64,000 nt of DNA from Isurus oxyrinchus (Eukaryota), in assembly GCA_026770705.1 (NCBI GenBank), contig JANJGN010000036.1, positions 3,162,001 through 3,226,000 of the forward strand, read 5' to 3'. Shown here one piece after another: positions 50,361 through 63,689 of the stretch. The number at the start of each line of letters is the position of its first letter. The first letter of the stretch is position 1. The notes under the pieces were generated by a model. It saw only the letters and a program-made list of their open reading frames with translations. It made no database searches and was not told where the DNA came from. A program made the translations under genes and the position numbers.

Positions 50361-53300
50361 AGTTGCCAGAAGAGGGAGGGGTTGTAACACTTTAATCACA
50401 AGACAGTGAAACGGGTTTGAGAAGTTGCTTTGAACCTTTTTAAAATTCATTCCTTGATCAAACGATAAAAAGAGACAAAACGCTGACAAAAGATGCGAGT
50501 CCAGGCTGAGGCAGTCGTTGCCGAATTGGGATAGAAGCCTTTTATACCTCATCTGAAGTTACATTGATATATGAATACACATTGATAACACATTGACAGT
50601 GAATAACATCATCCCAGTGTTCCGTTTTCTGAATTTTAAGGCTACCTGCCCAGTTGGGGTAAAGGTGTTTGGCGGGAGATTAGGTACTTTGACTTTCTCA
50701 CTTTCCCCCTCTATTCTCTGCCATGTTTTATATTCCACAGATTCGCCACTTAGAAACTCTGCTCAGTGCTGTTGTTTTAGCTCCGCACAAGCGTCCCCCT
50801 GGCCCAGCCCCACTTCATCTCCCAACAATCAACATTACCTTCGATTCCTTTCTGCCCATGTGTGTAGTTTTTTCCAGGCTCCCACTTAAGTGCATCTCTG
50901 CTAATCATCTCAACCATTCTTCCTTGGTATTGAATTCCACATTCTCCCCACGTTCTGGGTGTGGGCATTTCTCCCTGATTCCAGATTAAGGGCTGCCAGA
51001 TGTTGATGAGCCTCTAGTTCTGGTCTGTCACCCGCACAAACTGATTTTTTTTTCTCGATGCCCACCCGCATGAAACACTTCAAACACTCAAAAGATTCCA
51101 TCAGTTCCACCCTTCAGTCTTTTCATTCCTAGAGAAAAGACGCCGCAGACTGTTCCATCTGTTCTGATCATTATAACCTTTCCGTTTTGGAATCATTCCA
51201 CTCAACGTTCTTATGTTGCACCTTCCCCGCGGGTCCTATTTATAATGTGGAGGCCACATCTGTTCACAGGGACTCGGAATGTGCTCTAACTGAAGTTGAT
51301 ATAAATTTCACGTCAAGTTTTTTGTTTCTTTGTGGTACTTATTTCAGCATCACCCCCATTGCTCGCGTTTTGCTTCTCAAGGTATTTTTGGGTTCGCAGC
51401 AGGAGCGGGGCCTTAAATTGCGGCGAGTCTTTAAAAGGCACATTAACTTTGGCTGGGCCGTAAAATTCCGCCGGTTCAACCCAATGCCGTCAGCTTGTTT
51501 GTCCCATTATGTGAATTCACCAGATTCAACATTTCAAATCAAGAGAGAAACACGGCTTGATATCCACAGGAGAAACTATGTTATCAAGCACACCGAGTGG
51601 ACAGAATGGAGAAAGATCCCAACTGCAAGCTAGCCTCGAATCATGTGTAAATATCTTCTAAATGCTGACGGGTTCCAATGCATCCGGAAATGAGCTGTTT
51701 TATGTCTGCAGCTCCGTGTTTAACCTGAAAGACAAAATGAGTTCCCAGAGGATCAAGATGAGTACTCTTGAGCGTTGGCACAGAGAGAGTCCAGCAAATC
51801 TGTTTCACTACATTTACAGTGGCCTTCGCAGATCTGAGTTGTGAAGACACAGCTTGGTTTGAGTGGGAGTTCGGGAGGTAAGACAACCAATGCAGAAATT
51901 AAACTCAGAAGTCACTCTCATCAAAGCTGGGAGCTGAGCAGAGCTCTCACTCGTTGAATACATGGCAAAGCCTGTAGGAGATCTGGGGATATTATTGTGC
52001 AGCTCTTTTAGTCTGGTCTCTGAAACACAGCGCCTCAGAGAATGATTGATATGAAATGAGAATTGTAAATCTAGCCAATGTATAAATGTATTGAAGTCCT
52101 TCAGAGTGCCACACAATGGATTGAAAGAGAGTGAACTGTATTGCACTTTATGTCAACGTGGGAGCCATGAAATGCACCCTCACAGATTGCCTAAATAAAG
52201 TGTATTGTTTGGAAAGCTAGTTGCACAGTTCCCAGCCTTGCCATATGGTACAATAATTGATTTGTGTGTGTGTGGGTACAGTCCAAAGAGCACAGGGTCC
52301 TCGGGGATGAGCCTGGGCAGAAACCAATGCAGCTCGATCCAGGGCAGCTTGATGAATGCACATCGCAGCATTTCACCTGTCCTGTTCCTCCATCTGATCA
52401 CAGGGCATCTGCACTTTAATTCTTCTCCCCTCCCCCACCCCCAGCTCCTTGTGTCCAATGTTTTCAGTGTCTAAACTCCTGCCAGCCCTGATCACAGATC
52501 CCTGTCGTGAAACATGAAGCCTGTTGCAGTCTCATTGGCACCGATAAGGTTTGAACTGGAAAGAGTTGCACTCACTTAGGGTGTCCAATGGACACAAGAG
52601 GCTGTCTGGTCATTGGAAATGTAGTCAGTAAAAAACACTTTTGGAAGAAAGTGATGAGGTTTGAACATTATGGACTGTAATATAATCTTTACCTGGTTTA
52701 ACCCAGTGGGAACATGTTGTGGAAGCAATGTTCCTGAGCTGCTCTCTGCTGAATTTAAAGTTGCATCTCTCTCAGCTCCATTGTTCGTGGGGTGTGAGGC
52801 TGGTGTGGAGGGTGGAATGGGGGAAGCGAGAGACAGACAGAGAGATTGCCCTGGGCTAAACCATTTGCCTGGTGGTTTTTACCCCTCCCAGTCACACAAA
52901 GATTCCTGTTGGCTGTTCCACACCTGGGGTAGGTGTGCCTTAGGTGTAGAAAGCTGTAAGCTGGTTGGCTGGGGGAGATTTTGGAGGTGTGGTGAGTGTT
53001 TGAGTGACTGATATGGGGACATTCATTGTTTGTTCTCTCGACCCTGCAGCATTGGATAAGTAACATTGTCTGAGGTGAGGATTGTATATATATCTGTCTG
53101 TCTGTCTGTTGCCTGAACCAATTCCTAGCTCTGGTCTTTTAAATTCCACACCCTGCCCAAATCTCCAGGCCCAGGGTCTCTCTCCGAACCATGGGAGGAG
53201 ATGGAAGGAGTGTGAGTCCATCAAGGGAAGTCAGAACCTGTATATTGGTGAGAATGAAACTCTTTAATTTCTCTGCCTCTCAATCTCTCTGTCTCTCTGC

Positions 53301-54249
53301 CACATTCTCTCTATCTCTGCCTTTTTTCTCTCTCTGGCTCGGTCTCCCCCCTCCCCTCTCTCTCTCTGCCTCTCTCTATGTCTCTGTCTCTCCCTGTCCT
53401 TTTTCTCTCTCTCTATCTCTCTCTCTCTCTCTCCCTGCCTCTCTTCCTGTAAGAATCTATCTGAAGTACACATACATCAGGCAGCCATTTGAGGTTTGTT
53501 CACAGTGGTCATTTTATGTTTCCACAGGACTGGGACATTAATGAGTGAGTGACCACACTCATATAACATTAATACCTAAGACATGACAGAGGGACAGCTA
53601 TGGAGACACAAATTCCCTGTGTATTCCTTGGAATATTGAAGGATCCGGGTGTTCAATCCCACACATTGCTGTTGCGAATTTGAATCTTGAATTACCTAAA
53701 ATTGAATTTGGAATTAAAAACCTCCGGGATGGAATGATTCTCGTTCTGTCTGCTGCTGAAAAGCCCGTGTGTGTGTCTCAGTTTCTCTGTTTTTATTTAC
53801 GATTTAAGATAATGGGATAGAATGCCACAAGTTTGTTAAAGGACACAAAAAGATGCAGCATTGTCAGCATTGCAGCTGGAAGCTTCAAATTCCACAGAGA
53901 TATGAATACCTTAAGTGAATGGGTGAAATAGTGAAAAATGGATTTCATTGTAGGCACATGTGCGGCCGCTCACTTTAAAAAGGATGGAATAGTTTACATT
54001 ATAAATGACGAAAAACTGGAAACAGTGGGAATCTAAAGAGACTTGGGAGTTCCTGTCCATTTTTGTCAAAACTAAGAAAAAATCAAATAGTTATAATGAG
54101 AAATTCAATATGATCTTTGGTATAAAGCTGATTAACAACTCACACGAAACATTCCATGAATCAGACTCTGTAACCTGCACATCACAAGAAAATTATATTT
54201 TCAATGGTTCGTGATTTGAACCAATCATTCTTTGTAAAAATCCCATCGA

Positions 54250-54590
54250 ACCCCTCGATTAGATTCCAGTCTGTAACTCACTGCCGGCTATCTGTTATTC
54301 GACATATAAACTAGCCCAAACCCCACTATTAGATTCCAGTCTGTCACTCACTCCCACGTATCTGTTATCCCGTATATAAACACCCCGAACCACTCGATTA
54401 GATTCCCGTCTGTAACGCACTCCCGGTTATCTTCTATTCTGCATATGAACCACTCCGAAACCCTCGATTAGATTCCGGTATGTAACTCACTCTCTGGTAT
54501 CTGTTATTCTACATATAAACCCCCCGAATCACTCGATTAGATTCCAGTCTGTAAGTCATTCCCGGCTATCTGCTATTATATATATAAACC
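54250..54590. repeat. Minisatellite, ~70 bp x 5
   Basis: attagattcc recurs at ~54258, 54328, 54397, 54467 and 54537 within a unit ccctcgattagattccagtctgtaactcactccc.g.tatctgttattc..catataaac. Confidence 0.88.
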
Positions 54591-54900
54591 ATTTACTTCA
54601 ATAGACTGACAGCTTGCATAGATTTACAGTTTCCATTAAATATCAAGCATTATATGGTCAGACTGACAGCGCAGAACATTATCAGGCGGTCACCTGCATA
54701 AGTCTCCATGTATTAAACAAGTGTCAGCTCTACCCAGCTTGCATCTTTGAAGAAAATGGCTTTTGAATTATTTTTGAAAGATCATGGACCATGTCAGCGT
54801 CTATCATTGGAATCAGTGTTGGGGTTGGACTGGGTTACATCCAGTGTTAAATATAGAGAGGGTGTTCGGGTTAAGCTTTTCAAATGGCTCAGTTATTCAC

Positions 54901-55128
54901 TTTTCATTATGGGATCTCTTGCCTCGTTCTCCGGAGAGTAGAATCTGTAAGTAGCAATTTAAAACTGCGAGAAGAGACATTGGGCAACCAGTTATGAAAA
55001 TGTCCCTGATAAACATTGATCCTGACCTGATATGCCGGTTTTATGTGCCCCGATTAAAATGAGAATCAAGAGTAGAACTGGGATCACTGCCACCATTCTG
55101 ACATCATTGTGAGTCGGAATTCACCATC
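54901..55128 (-). pseudogene. Orphan TM and first cytoplasmic exon relic of a gene-A paralog
   Basis: 55027-55128 is a 102-nt homolog of gene A exon 4 (GW*...VAVIPVLLLILILIGAHKTGIS, TGC->TGA). The intron and the exon-5 homolog align with 30406-30680. Confidence 0.8.
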
Positions 55129-55159
55129 CTGCAGAGACAAAACAATTAGAAACTGCTAC

Positions 55160-55390
55160 AAAAACAAAAAATACCTGGAAAATCTCAGCAGGTCCGACAG
55201 CATATGCGGAGAGGGATAGAACTGACATTTCGAGTCCGTATGAACCTTCATCTGAACTAGGACATGTAGAAAAGAGATGAAACATAATTTGATCGAAGGG
55301 GGTGGGACAGGATAGCTCAAAAGGGGACCGATTGTAGGTGGAGGCCAAGAAGAGACTGTCAAAGATGTCATAGACAAAAGGACAAAGGCA
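55160..55390 (-). mobile_element. Penelope-like 3' terminal fragment
   Basis: Matches 6745-6965 (ctggaaaatctcagcaggtc…catagacaaaaggacaaag). Confidence 0.75.
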
Positions 55391-56263
55391 TGTCTGTCGC
55401 CCAGCGGCCTTGGCTCCCTTGCCGAACAAAAATCTGTCTAACACGGGGCCTTGAATGAATTCAAAGGCCCATCCGCGGCTATTTTATAGGGAAGAGAGTG
55501 GCACACACCAACGACCCTTTGGGTGTAAAAATAGAGCTCCTCATCTCTGTCTTAAAATGGAGAACTCTATCTTTAATCCTTGCCTCTAGCTTTGACCATA
55601 ACAGGAAACAACCTCCGGGTATCCGCCCTATCAGGATCCCTCAGGAACGTATATGTCTAAATAAGATCACCTTTCATTCCTCTGAACTCTAATGCGAATT
55701 GCTGAATTCTCCAGGGTTCCCGATTGGATATATTGATGGCCACTATTGTTGAAATCCTGCAGAAGCAGAGTCATCTTCCTTCAGTCTGCCAAATAAGCCA
55801 TTTCATAATTTTAACGACCTCGACCAGGTCACCCCTCAGTCCTCCCCTGTTTAGAGTAAAGAGTTCCAGCCGGTTCAATTTCTTCTAATAGATTTAAGCT
55901 CTTAGTTCCTATATCATCCTTGTGAAATATTGACTGCACCTTTTCCAGTGCCTCTGTATCTTTTTTAGAATATGCAGATCTATGTTGTGTACTCCAACTA
56001 TGGTCTAATGTGAGAACATGCCTGGTGTAATTTGTAAAACAGATGATGAGTGCGTGACACCAGTTTGACCTGCAATAAAAAGGAAAGCCGCAGAGCTGTC
56101 TACCTCCGCACTATTTACAAACCCCATCGTGTATCTATGAATAAACAGAGAACGCCATTCAATCTGCACATTTCACACCTCCTTCACACCGAGAGAACGA
56201 GAGCGAGTTCTGAGTGAGATTAGGATCGAGGGCTCAGAGTCTGATCTTCAGACGTCAGGGGCA

Positions 56264-59200
56264 ATGAGCTTCAACACTGTGTGTCATTGTCCCATCTCTT
56301 CCAGGGTGAGATATCTTAACATGTTCAGATAGAGTGGGGAAGGGTTGGGACAGAGTAAATAAGGATATTTTTTTCCACTGGCAGGGGTGGGGGGGGGGGG
56401 GGGGCGGCAATCAGGGAGACCCAGATTGAAGAGAATCAGCAAAAAAAAACAGGGTTGGGTACGAGAAAATTTTTCTTAACGAAGCAAGTTGTTGTGATCT
56501 GGAAGGCACTGCCTGAAAAGGAGGAAGAAGCGGATTCAATAGGAACTTTCAAAAAGGAAATTGGATAAATACTTGAAAGGGAAACATTTGTAGGTATATG
56601 CGAGAAGGAGAGGGCTTGGGGTGAGGGCTGGGGGGGCGGGGGGTTGGGGTTGCAGAATGGGAGATAACTGATTAGATCTCTCAAAGTTTCAGTAGCGTGA
56701 AGGGCCGAATGGCCTCCACTGTTTTATAAGATGCAATTCAGTTCTCAAGTTCGATATAAAAATAGAGCGAATATAGTCAACAATGTGGAAACCGCATCCG
56801 TCAGGAACAATGAATGGAATTAATCCGAAATGTAACCTCCCCTGGGATAAAAGATGTGAGTTGGCTCCATCGACATTATTAGCGATTGAGAAGAGGATAG
56901 TTTTAAGTAGATAATTAGAATAAATTATAATTCCTTTGGCAAAATAAAATGACCAAAGTTAGCGGAGAAGACAAGGGAACGATGGGTGGATGAGAGAAAA
57001 AAATAAAACAGTTGGGAAATTTGGATTTGAAGCAGCTCTTTTAATTCATTAACTTCACACAGTTCCAATTTGTGTATCACAGAGATTAAACGAGATTTAC
57101 TAGTGAATGGACTCCTCCTGTGCCCTGGAAAGACAGGAATGAAACGGCGCAAACAGCCGATTGCGCGCGATTTTTCGATATGAGTTATATGTTAAAAAGT
57201 GACTGTGCCTCTTCCCTTTCGGACGGTATTCGCCGGTGGGAGGCTTCAGGAGAGAGGGTGCGCGGGTGCGGGGTGGCGGGTTGCAACATAACCTGAGGTG
57301 ACTCTTGTTTATTTCTCTCTTGCTCAGTTATTGTGTCTCAAACTGTCTTGTCCCAGTGTCCGCCAATTCAAACACTCACTGAGGGGAGTCGTGCTGAACT
57401 GAGCTGCCACTCAGACAGCTCAGTCGCTGGCTCCGTCTTCTTGTACAAAACGACATGAAGCTGGTTTACACAGTGGGCAAGTACTTTTCAATAGAGGGGA
57501 GGTTTTCCAACGAGATTTCTGACAAAGCGGGTTATTATTAACTGATCATTACGGATACCCAGAGAAACGATTCTGGAATGTATTACTGTGCAATCCACAA
57601 TTACCAGATCCCAGCCCGAATGTTCGAAAATGGCTCCCAGTTAGTGATTACAGGTAAATTTCATTATTATTACATCGAATTCAGCATTTCTAAAGAAATT
57701 ACTGGTGTCGTGATTGAGCTGTTAATTGGGTTTCTGTTTCATTTACCAAATTTAGACTGCTTCCCGACATATTCCTCCTCACCCCGCAGAAAGATGAGAT
57801 TCCCTCCATGGAAAGGGTCCCGTTGTTGTGTTTGATCAGAGGCTTATATCCCGATTCCTTTCCCGTCCGCTGGAATGTTTCCGGACGGGATACCGAGGGA
57901 CAGACCGATTCCGGGAAAATGGAGGAGGACGGGACCGCCACCATCTGTAGTTACACCAGCCTCTCGGAGGAAACTTGAGCGACGGCGCTCTCTGTACTTG
58001 CGCCGTTCAAATCAACTCCAGTGAAAATCTTTTCAATGCAAGTGTCTCATCTCAAAGAGGTAGCTGCTAACAGTGACCGTTTAACAATCTATTTAATGTT
58101 GATGGGATGCATTGTAAATTTGTAAATTAGAATTGTTCATCTTTCCGCGTGTGTCCATGTATCATCATTTTATAATTGACCTATCACAAATCTCTCCATC
58201 TTTCAGAGTTTAGCTTTCTGAAATTCTAACTCCATCTGTTCTCTCTACCCCAGAGAGCTATGGATGTTCAGTCACTGAGACATATTTTTGTGCACTAAGG
58301 GAATAAGGGATATTGACAGTGCAGGAAAGTCCATTTAATCTACAATATTAACTGTGGTCTTATTGAATGGCGGATCTCCGTGAGGGGCTGAGGGGTCTCC
58401 TGCCCCTATTTCTTGTGTTTTTCAGGCTAGGCATATTGACATGGTTGGATGCCAATGGATCATTTGTCAGTGTGTAAAATTGAAAGGTGTGATTACATTC
58501 CCAGTGCACCACTTTGCCTCACCATGCCTGTCTACAATTATCTATTTATATCTCTTTCTACTTAACATTCACAATATTTCTGTCTGTCTTGGTTAAACAG
58601 TGAGGTATAAGACATCTTGTCTATCTGCATGCCGAGCTGTTGATCTGTCTATCCATCTCTCTTGCTCTGCATCAGTCAATCCATTTCTGTCCTAGTGCAG
58701 TGGAAGATAGCTGCTTTACATATTTACCTGTCTGTCTCTCTGTTCCCCCCTCACTCTCTGAAACCCTGTCTCAACAATATCCCCTCTCTGTGTCTGCCAG
58801 TACATCTCGCTTTTTTGCTATTCATTTTCTTGCTGTGTCACGCTCTGTCTTTATGTATTGATACATGTATTGAACTCTCTACCTATCTCACTTTCCTTCT
58901 GTTAAACTTGTCTATTTATATCCTAGTTAAATTGTTTCGTTTATGAAATCTGGGACATTCATCTATCTTCCTATCTCTCGGTCTCTCCCCATCTCTCCCT
59001 CTTTCTTTCTCTGTATCTATTGCGCTCTCTCTTTCTCTATCCTTTTCCATCCAGTTAAACATTCTGTATAAGTTTTATGCTCTATCTATCAGTGTCTTCA
59101 TCTCCCTATCTCTATCTGTCTAACTATACGTCTATTCATCTCTCCATCCATCTTTCTGTCCATCTCTTTGCTCTGCTTCTTTTACTCTCCTCATCTCCCG

Positions 59201-60306
59201 TACTCGCTCTCCCCTTCTCTTCCCATCTCTCCATCTCCTCCTCTCCATCCCTCCCAATCTCCCATTTCTTCCTCTCTCCACAACTCTCTCCATCTCTCCC
59301 CCATTTCCCTCTCTCCCCATTTCTTCCTCTCTGGAACTCACCCTCTCTCCCCTATACCCATCTCCTTCTCTTCCGCTCTCTCTCCATCTCTCCCTCTCCT
59401 CCTCTCTCCGACTCTCCCTCTCCCCTCCATCGCCCCCTCTCTCCTTTGTTTCCCCTCCCTTCCCCTCTCACCTCTGTCCCCTTCTTCAACTGTTTCTCTC
59501 TGTATTTCTATCATAGTTAAACAGTTTTCTCTAAGTGAACTGCTCTCTTGATCATTCTCTGTCCATCTCTCTCTGGCTTAACATTTACTTGCTATTAAAA
59601 CAGTGCGCTATCTACCTCTCCCTGTCGTTCTCCTTCTGTCCCTCTTTCCTTATCACTCTAAGTTTGTCCTATTTAAATAGTGTCCTTTAAGATCGCTGCT
59701 CTCTCTCTCAGTGCTTTCTCTTTCTCTATTCAGTCTCTATAAACAGTGTTCTCTCTACCTCTCTATCACTCTCTACTCCAATGTCCTATGCAAACTGCGT
59801 TTTTAAAGATCTCTTCCCCACCTCTCTCGTTGTCGTTCTCCCTGTCTCTCTCACTCTCTCTCTATCTCTCTTTATATATGCCCGTCCTGTTTTAAACAGT
59901 GCTCCATAAGATCTCTGCTCTCTCTTGCCACCCATCTCTCCATCTCTCTCTCTATATCCTCTGCCTCTTTTGATTTCTTTCTACATCTGTCCTGTTACAA
60001 TATTGTTCTAAAAGGTCTCTGCTGTATTTTCGGGTAATGAAATGTGCAAAAATCTTTTTCCATCTCCAGGTGAAATCGTACATTCAGATTTGTCATTTTT
60101 TTTACCCATTTGTTTAATTAATTCCACAAACTTACTTCTTCATGAAAGTTCTTTTTGCAGATTCTCCGCTACCTGCCACCTACAGATTCTTGCTTTCCAG
60201 GAGGTTGTTGGCGGTAGCCCCTCTCCTTTTGGGGATGGTCCTTGTGGCCGGGACAAGGAGCTGCAGCAACCAGCAGACAGGTGGCGATTGTTGGGAGACA
60301 CTCTAA
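56264..60306 (+). pseudogene. Gene C: divergent VJ-C1-TM pseudogene with charged TM and short tail
   Basis: Candidate leader 56264-56305 (phase mismatch). V 57328-57653 (AELSC...DSGMYYC...MFENGSQLVIT; frameshift and TAA). C1 57756-58059 (VPLLCLIRGLYP...VRWN...DG...LCTC; frameshifts). TM exon 60161-60306 (TYRFLLSRRLLAVAPLLLGMVLVAG...ETL*). Confidence 0.82.
58950..59990. repeat. (CT)/pyrimidine-rich low-complexity tract in gene C intron
   Basis: Long CT-rich run; a smaller one lies at 53270-53450. Confidence 0.85.
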
Positions 60307-61044
60307 CTCTGCGGCGCTCTCAATCTATCCATTTATCAATGGGTTATTGACACTTTCAGACGGTTCAGTGTGAAATGTAGCCACTTATGCTCAGTTCAAA
60401 TTTTACTTTCAGACAAGCAACATTGGTGAACATTGATGAAGAACTGACAGATTCCAGAGAACAACGAGAGAATATAGAGGTAAAAGAATGGAACTGTTGT
60501 TGCCACAAGCGTGGGTATATTTCAAAGAATTTTAACTCATGGTTTAAATTTAATAGTTATTGCTATGAATCTAGAAAGATTTGCGTCATGGGCACCAGAG
60601 GATGGCAGAAAATGCCTCTGGGAAAAATGAAGGGGTGATTTAAAGATAATTAAAGGATATAATCGTTTCTATGGAGAGAAACTATTTGCTCTGGTGGCGT
60701 GGAGCTGGGGGTGGGGTGGGATGAATAGTGGGGATTGGGGAGCTGGAGTCCAGAACAAGGCGGCAGAACATTAAAATTACTGTTAGGTAGATGAGGGATG
60801 ATGTCAGGAAGCACTTTATCACAAAAAGGCGAGTGGAAATCTGGAGCTCTCTCCCCTCAAATGCTGTTGAGGCTGCGGGATCACTTGGCAATGTCAAAAC
60901 TGAGGTTGATGGATTTTTGTTGGGTATGGGGACTAAGGAATATACAACCAACTTGGTAGATGGAAGTTATGATACAGACCCGCCATGATCTAATTGAACA
61001 GACTGGAGAGCCTGAATGGCCTCCTCCTTTCCCTATGATGATGG

Positions 61045-61480
61045 TAAAACCAAAATACTGCGAATACTGGAAATCTGAAAAAAAATAGTTGGAAAAACTC
61101 AACAGGTCTGACAGCATCTGAGGAAGGGAATACTGTCAACGTTTCGAGTCCATATGACTCTTCATCAGAACTAAAGAAATATAGACATGTGGTGAAATAA
61201 CGCTCGTTCATGGGTGCGGGACAGGTAGAGACGGATAGAGGGCCAGTGATAGGGGGAGGCAAAGAAGAGATTGCCAAATATCTCTTGGCAAAAGGACAAA
61301 AGGGTGCTGACGGTCGTGATATTATCTAAGGAAAGTGCTAATGATGCCATTGAGGTTAGAAAGTAGGACAAACAAGTGGCAGGTGGCCCTAGTCGGGTCG
61401 CGTGCGGGGGGAAGGGATCAAAATGGTCTAAAAGGTGGATATAAAACGGTAGATCGAAATAAATTTAAAAATAGGTGGGA
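61045..61480 (-). mobile_element. Penelope-like 3' terminal fragment
   Basis: Matches 6715-7155 along its length. Confidence 0.78.
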
Positions 61481-62284
61481 CACACACACACAAACACACG
61501 CACACGACAGGCACACACACACATGCACGGAAAGCATCAGTTTGATTTCACTTGAAAGCAGCTGCCAGAGAGAAGCTGCAAAGAGCAGAGCTACCGATAG
61601 CAAGTCCAAAGCTGAAGTTGAAGCCAAGACTCCAGATAAACAGTCAACTGGATGAAGGGACTGCAGGGTGCAAGATTTCCCAAAATAACCAAAAGTTCTC
61701 AAACTCAAGGAGTGAGACTGAAATGGTACAAAGTCCCAAGAAGGCTTACCAGTCAAATGAAGGACTGGAATCTGGTGTGGAATTGATTGGATATATGGAT
61801 ATGCTCATTTTACCATGCAACTCTATCTGGAAAGTCACAGGAAGGAAGCTCTGTTCATGCTGCATCTAAACCTCAGCTCCTCGCCTGTAAAAAAGGGCAG
61901 CTGCCAGTGAGAGAGAAACACCATCAGGCACTCAGTCTGCTGCTACCGGAAAAAGGTGGCTGATGAACTGAATGACCCAATACACACCCAAGTTTGAGTA
62001 TTTTTAAAGTGAATCATTAATCTGCTCGGGAACTATTTGACAGGAAATGGTCAATGAGACCTTTAGAGACAAAATTAAACTGGTTTGAAATTTATAATGA
62101 CGGATCGAAGTACTTTAATGATGGATTTGTGGACGTTCGCTGTTTATCACCCTCTGGCACTGTTTACTGGTAGGAATCATTCTTCAAAATAAATCAGACA
62201 GAAGATTTTATGAAGGTGTTGCCCAAAATATCGTCTTCACTTTTCGCCGTGGATTATTTGGTGAACTTGGTTTGCCGACATTCC

Positions 62285-63590
62285 ACAGTCTAACCTCAGC
62301 GGTGGGGAAACTATTGGAAGCAACCCTGAGGGACAGAATTTTTCGAAGAGGTGACCAGGTTTGTAGATGAGGGCAATCTACCTGACGTAGTCCACTTGGA
62401 CTTCAGCAAGGCTTTTGATAAAGTCCCACATGGGAGACTGATAACGAAAGTAAGTGCCCATGGGATCCAAAGCAATTTGGCAAATTGGATCCAGAATTAA
62501 CTAAGTGGCAGAAAGCAGAGGGTGATGGTCGAAGGGTGTTTTTGTGACTGGACGGTTGTGTCCAATGTGGTTCCAAAGGGATCTTTGGAACTCTTGGGCT
62601 CTTTGCAGTTTATGGTATATATAAACGATTTAGACTTGCATGTACGTGGGTTAATCAGTAATTTCGCAGATGACATGAAAATTGGTGAGGTGGTAAATAG
62701 TGGGGAGGATAGCCTTAGATTACAGGAGGATACAGACGGGCTGGTGAGATGGGCTGATCAGCGGCAAATGGAATTTAATCCCACTAAGTGTGAGGTGATA
62801 CATTGGGGCAGGAGACAAGCAAGGCAAGGGAATACACGAGTTGTGGGGCCCCGGGAATATCGAAGATCAGAGGGGCCTCTGATGTTCACCTGTCCCTTAA
62901 TGTAGAGAGTCAAGTAGAAAAGGTGGTTATGAAGGCATATGAGGTATTTGCCTTTATTATCCGAGGCACAGAATATAAGGGCAGGGAAGTTATGCCGGAA
63001 ATATATAAATTGCTGGCTAGGCCACAGCTAGAGTATTGCGCACAGTTCTGGAATCTGCATTATAGGAAGGATGTGATTGCACGAGAGAGAATGCATTGGA
63101 GATTTATCTGGATGTTACCTGGGCTGGAGAGTTTTAGTTATGAGGAGAGATTGGATACACTGTGGCTATTTTCTTTGGAGCAGAGGTGATTGAGGGGGTA
63201 CATGATTGAGGTGTATAAAATTATGAGGGGCATAGATAGGGCAGACAGAAAGGAACTTTGCCCTTTGGTGGAGGGAACAATAACCAGTGGGCATGGATTT
63301 AAGCTAAGGAGCAGGAGGTTTAGAATGAATTTACGGATTATTTTTATCACCCAGAGGGCGGTGGGAATTTAGAACTCATTGCCTGAAAGGATGGTAGATG
63401 CAGAAACCCTTATAACATTTACGAAGTATTTGGATGTGCACTTGTGACGTAGTGGCAAAGAAGAATATGGGCTGAGTGCTGGAAAATGGGATTAGAATAT
63501 TTTGATACTTGTATGACGGGTGCAGACTCGATGGGCCGAAGGGCCTTTTTCTGTGTCGTCGACCCCTATCATGATATGAATCTATGATTG
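62285..63590 (+). mobile_element. CR1-type LINE fragment
   Basis: FADDMKIG, RPQLEYCAQFW, IEVYKIMRG; nucleotide match to 25430-26780. Confidence 0.88.
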
Positions 63591-63689
63591 CGCCCATTTT
63601 GGATACCTGTATGTTTCTGGATACCACAAAGCGCGGGTCAATGGGCTACAGGTTAAGTAGTTTGCGTCGGGTCATGAAATTGTTGGTCC

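Noticed and set aside
51570-51880. Exon-like stretch (acAG…MEKDPN…GGAG|GTAAGA)
   Set aside because: Stops in all frames and no recognisable domain.
53528-53544. Micro-exon-like element (tttccacAG GACTGGGACATTAATGA GTGAGT)
   Set aside because: Good splice signals, but only 17 nt and no gene could be linked to it; may be chance.
54250-54590. Regularly spaced repeats resembling a CRISPR array
   Set aside because: The whole 70-bp unit is repeated with no unique spacers, in a eukaryotic context; it is a minisatellite.
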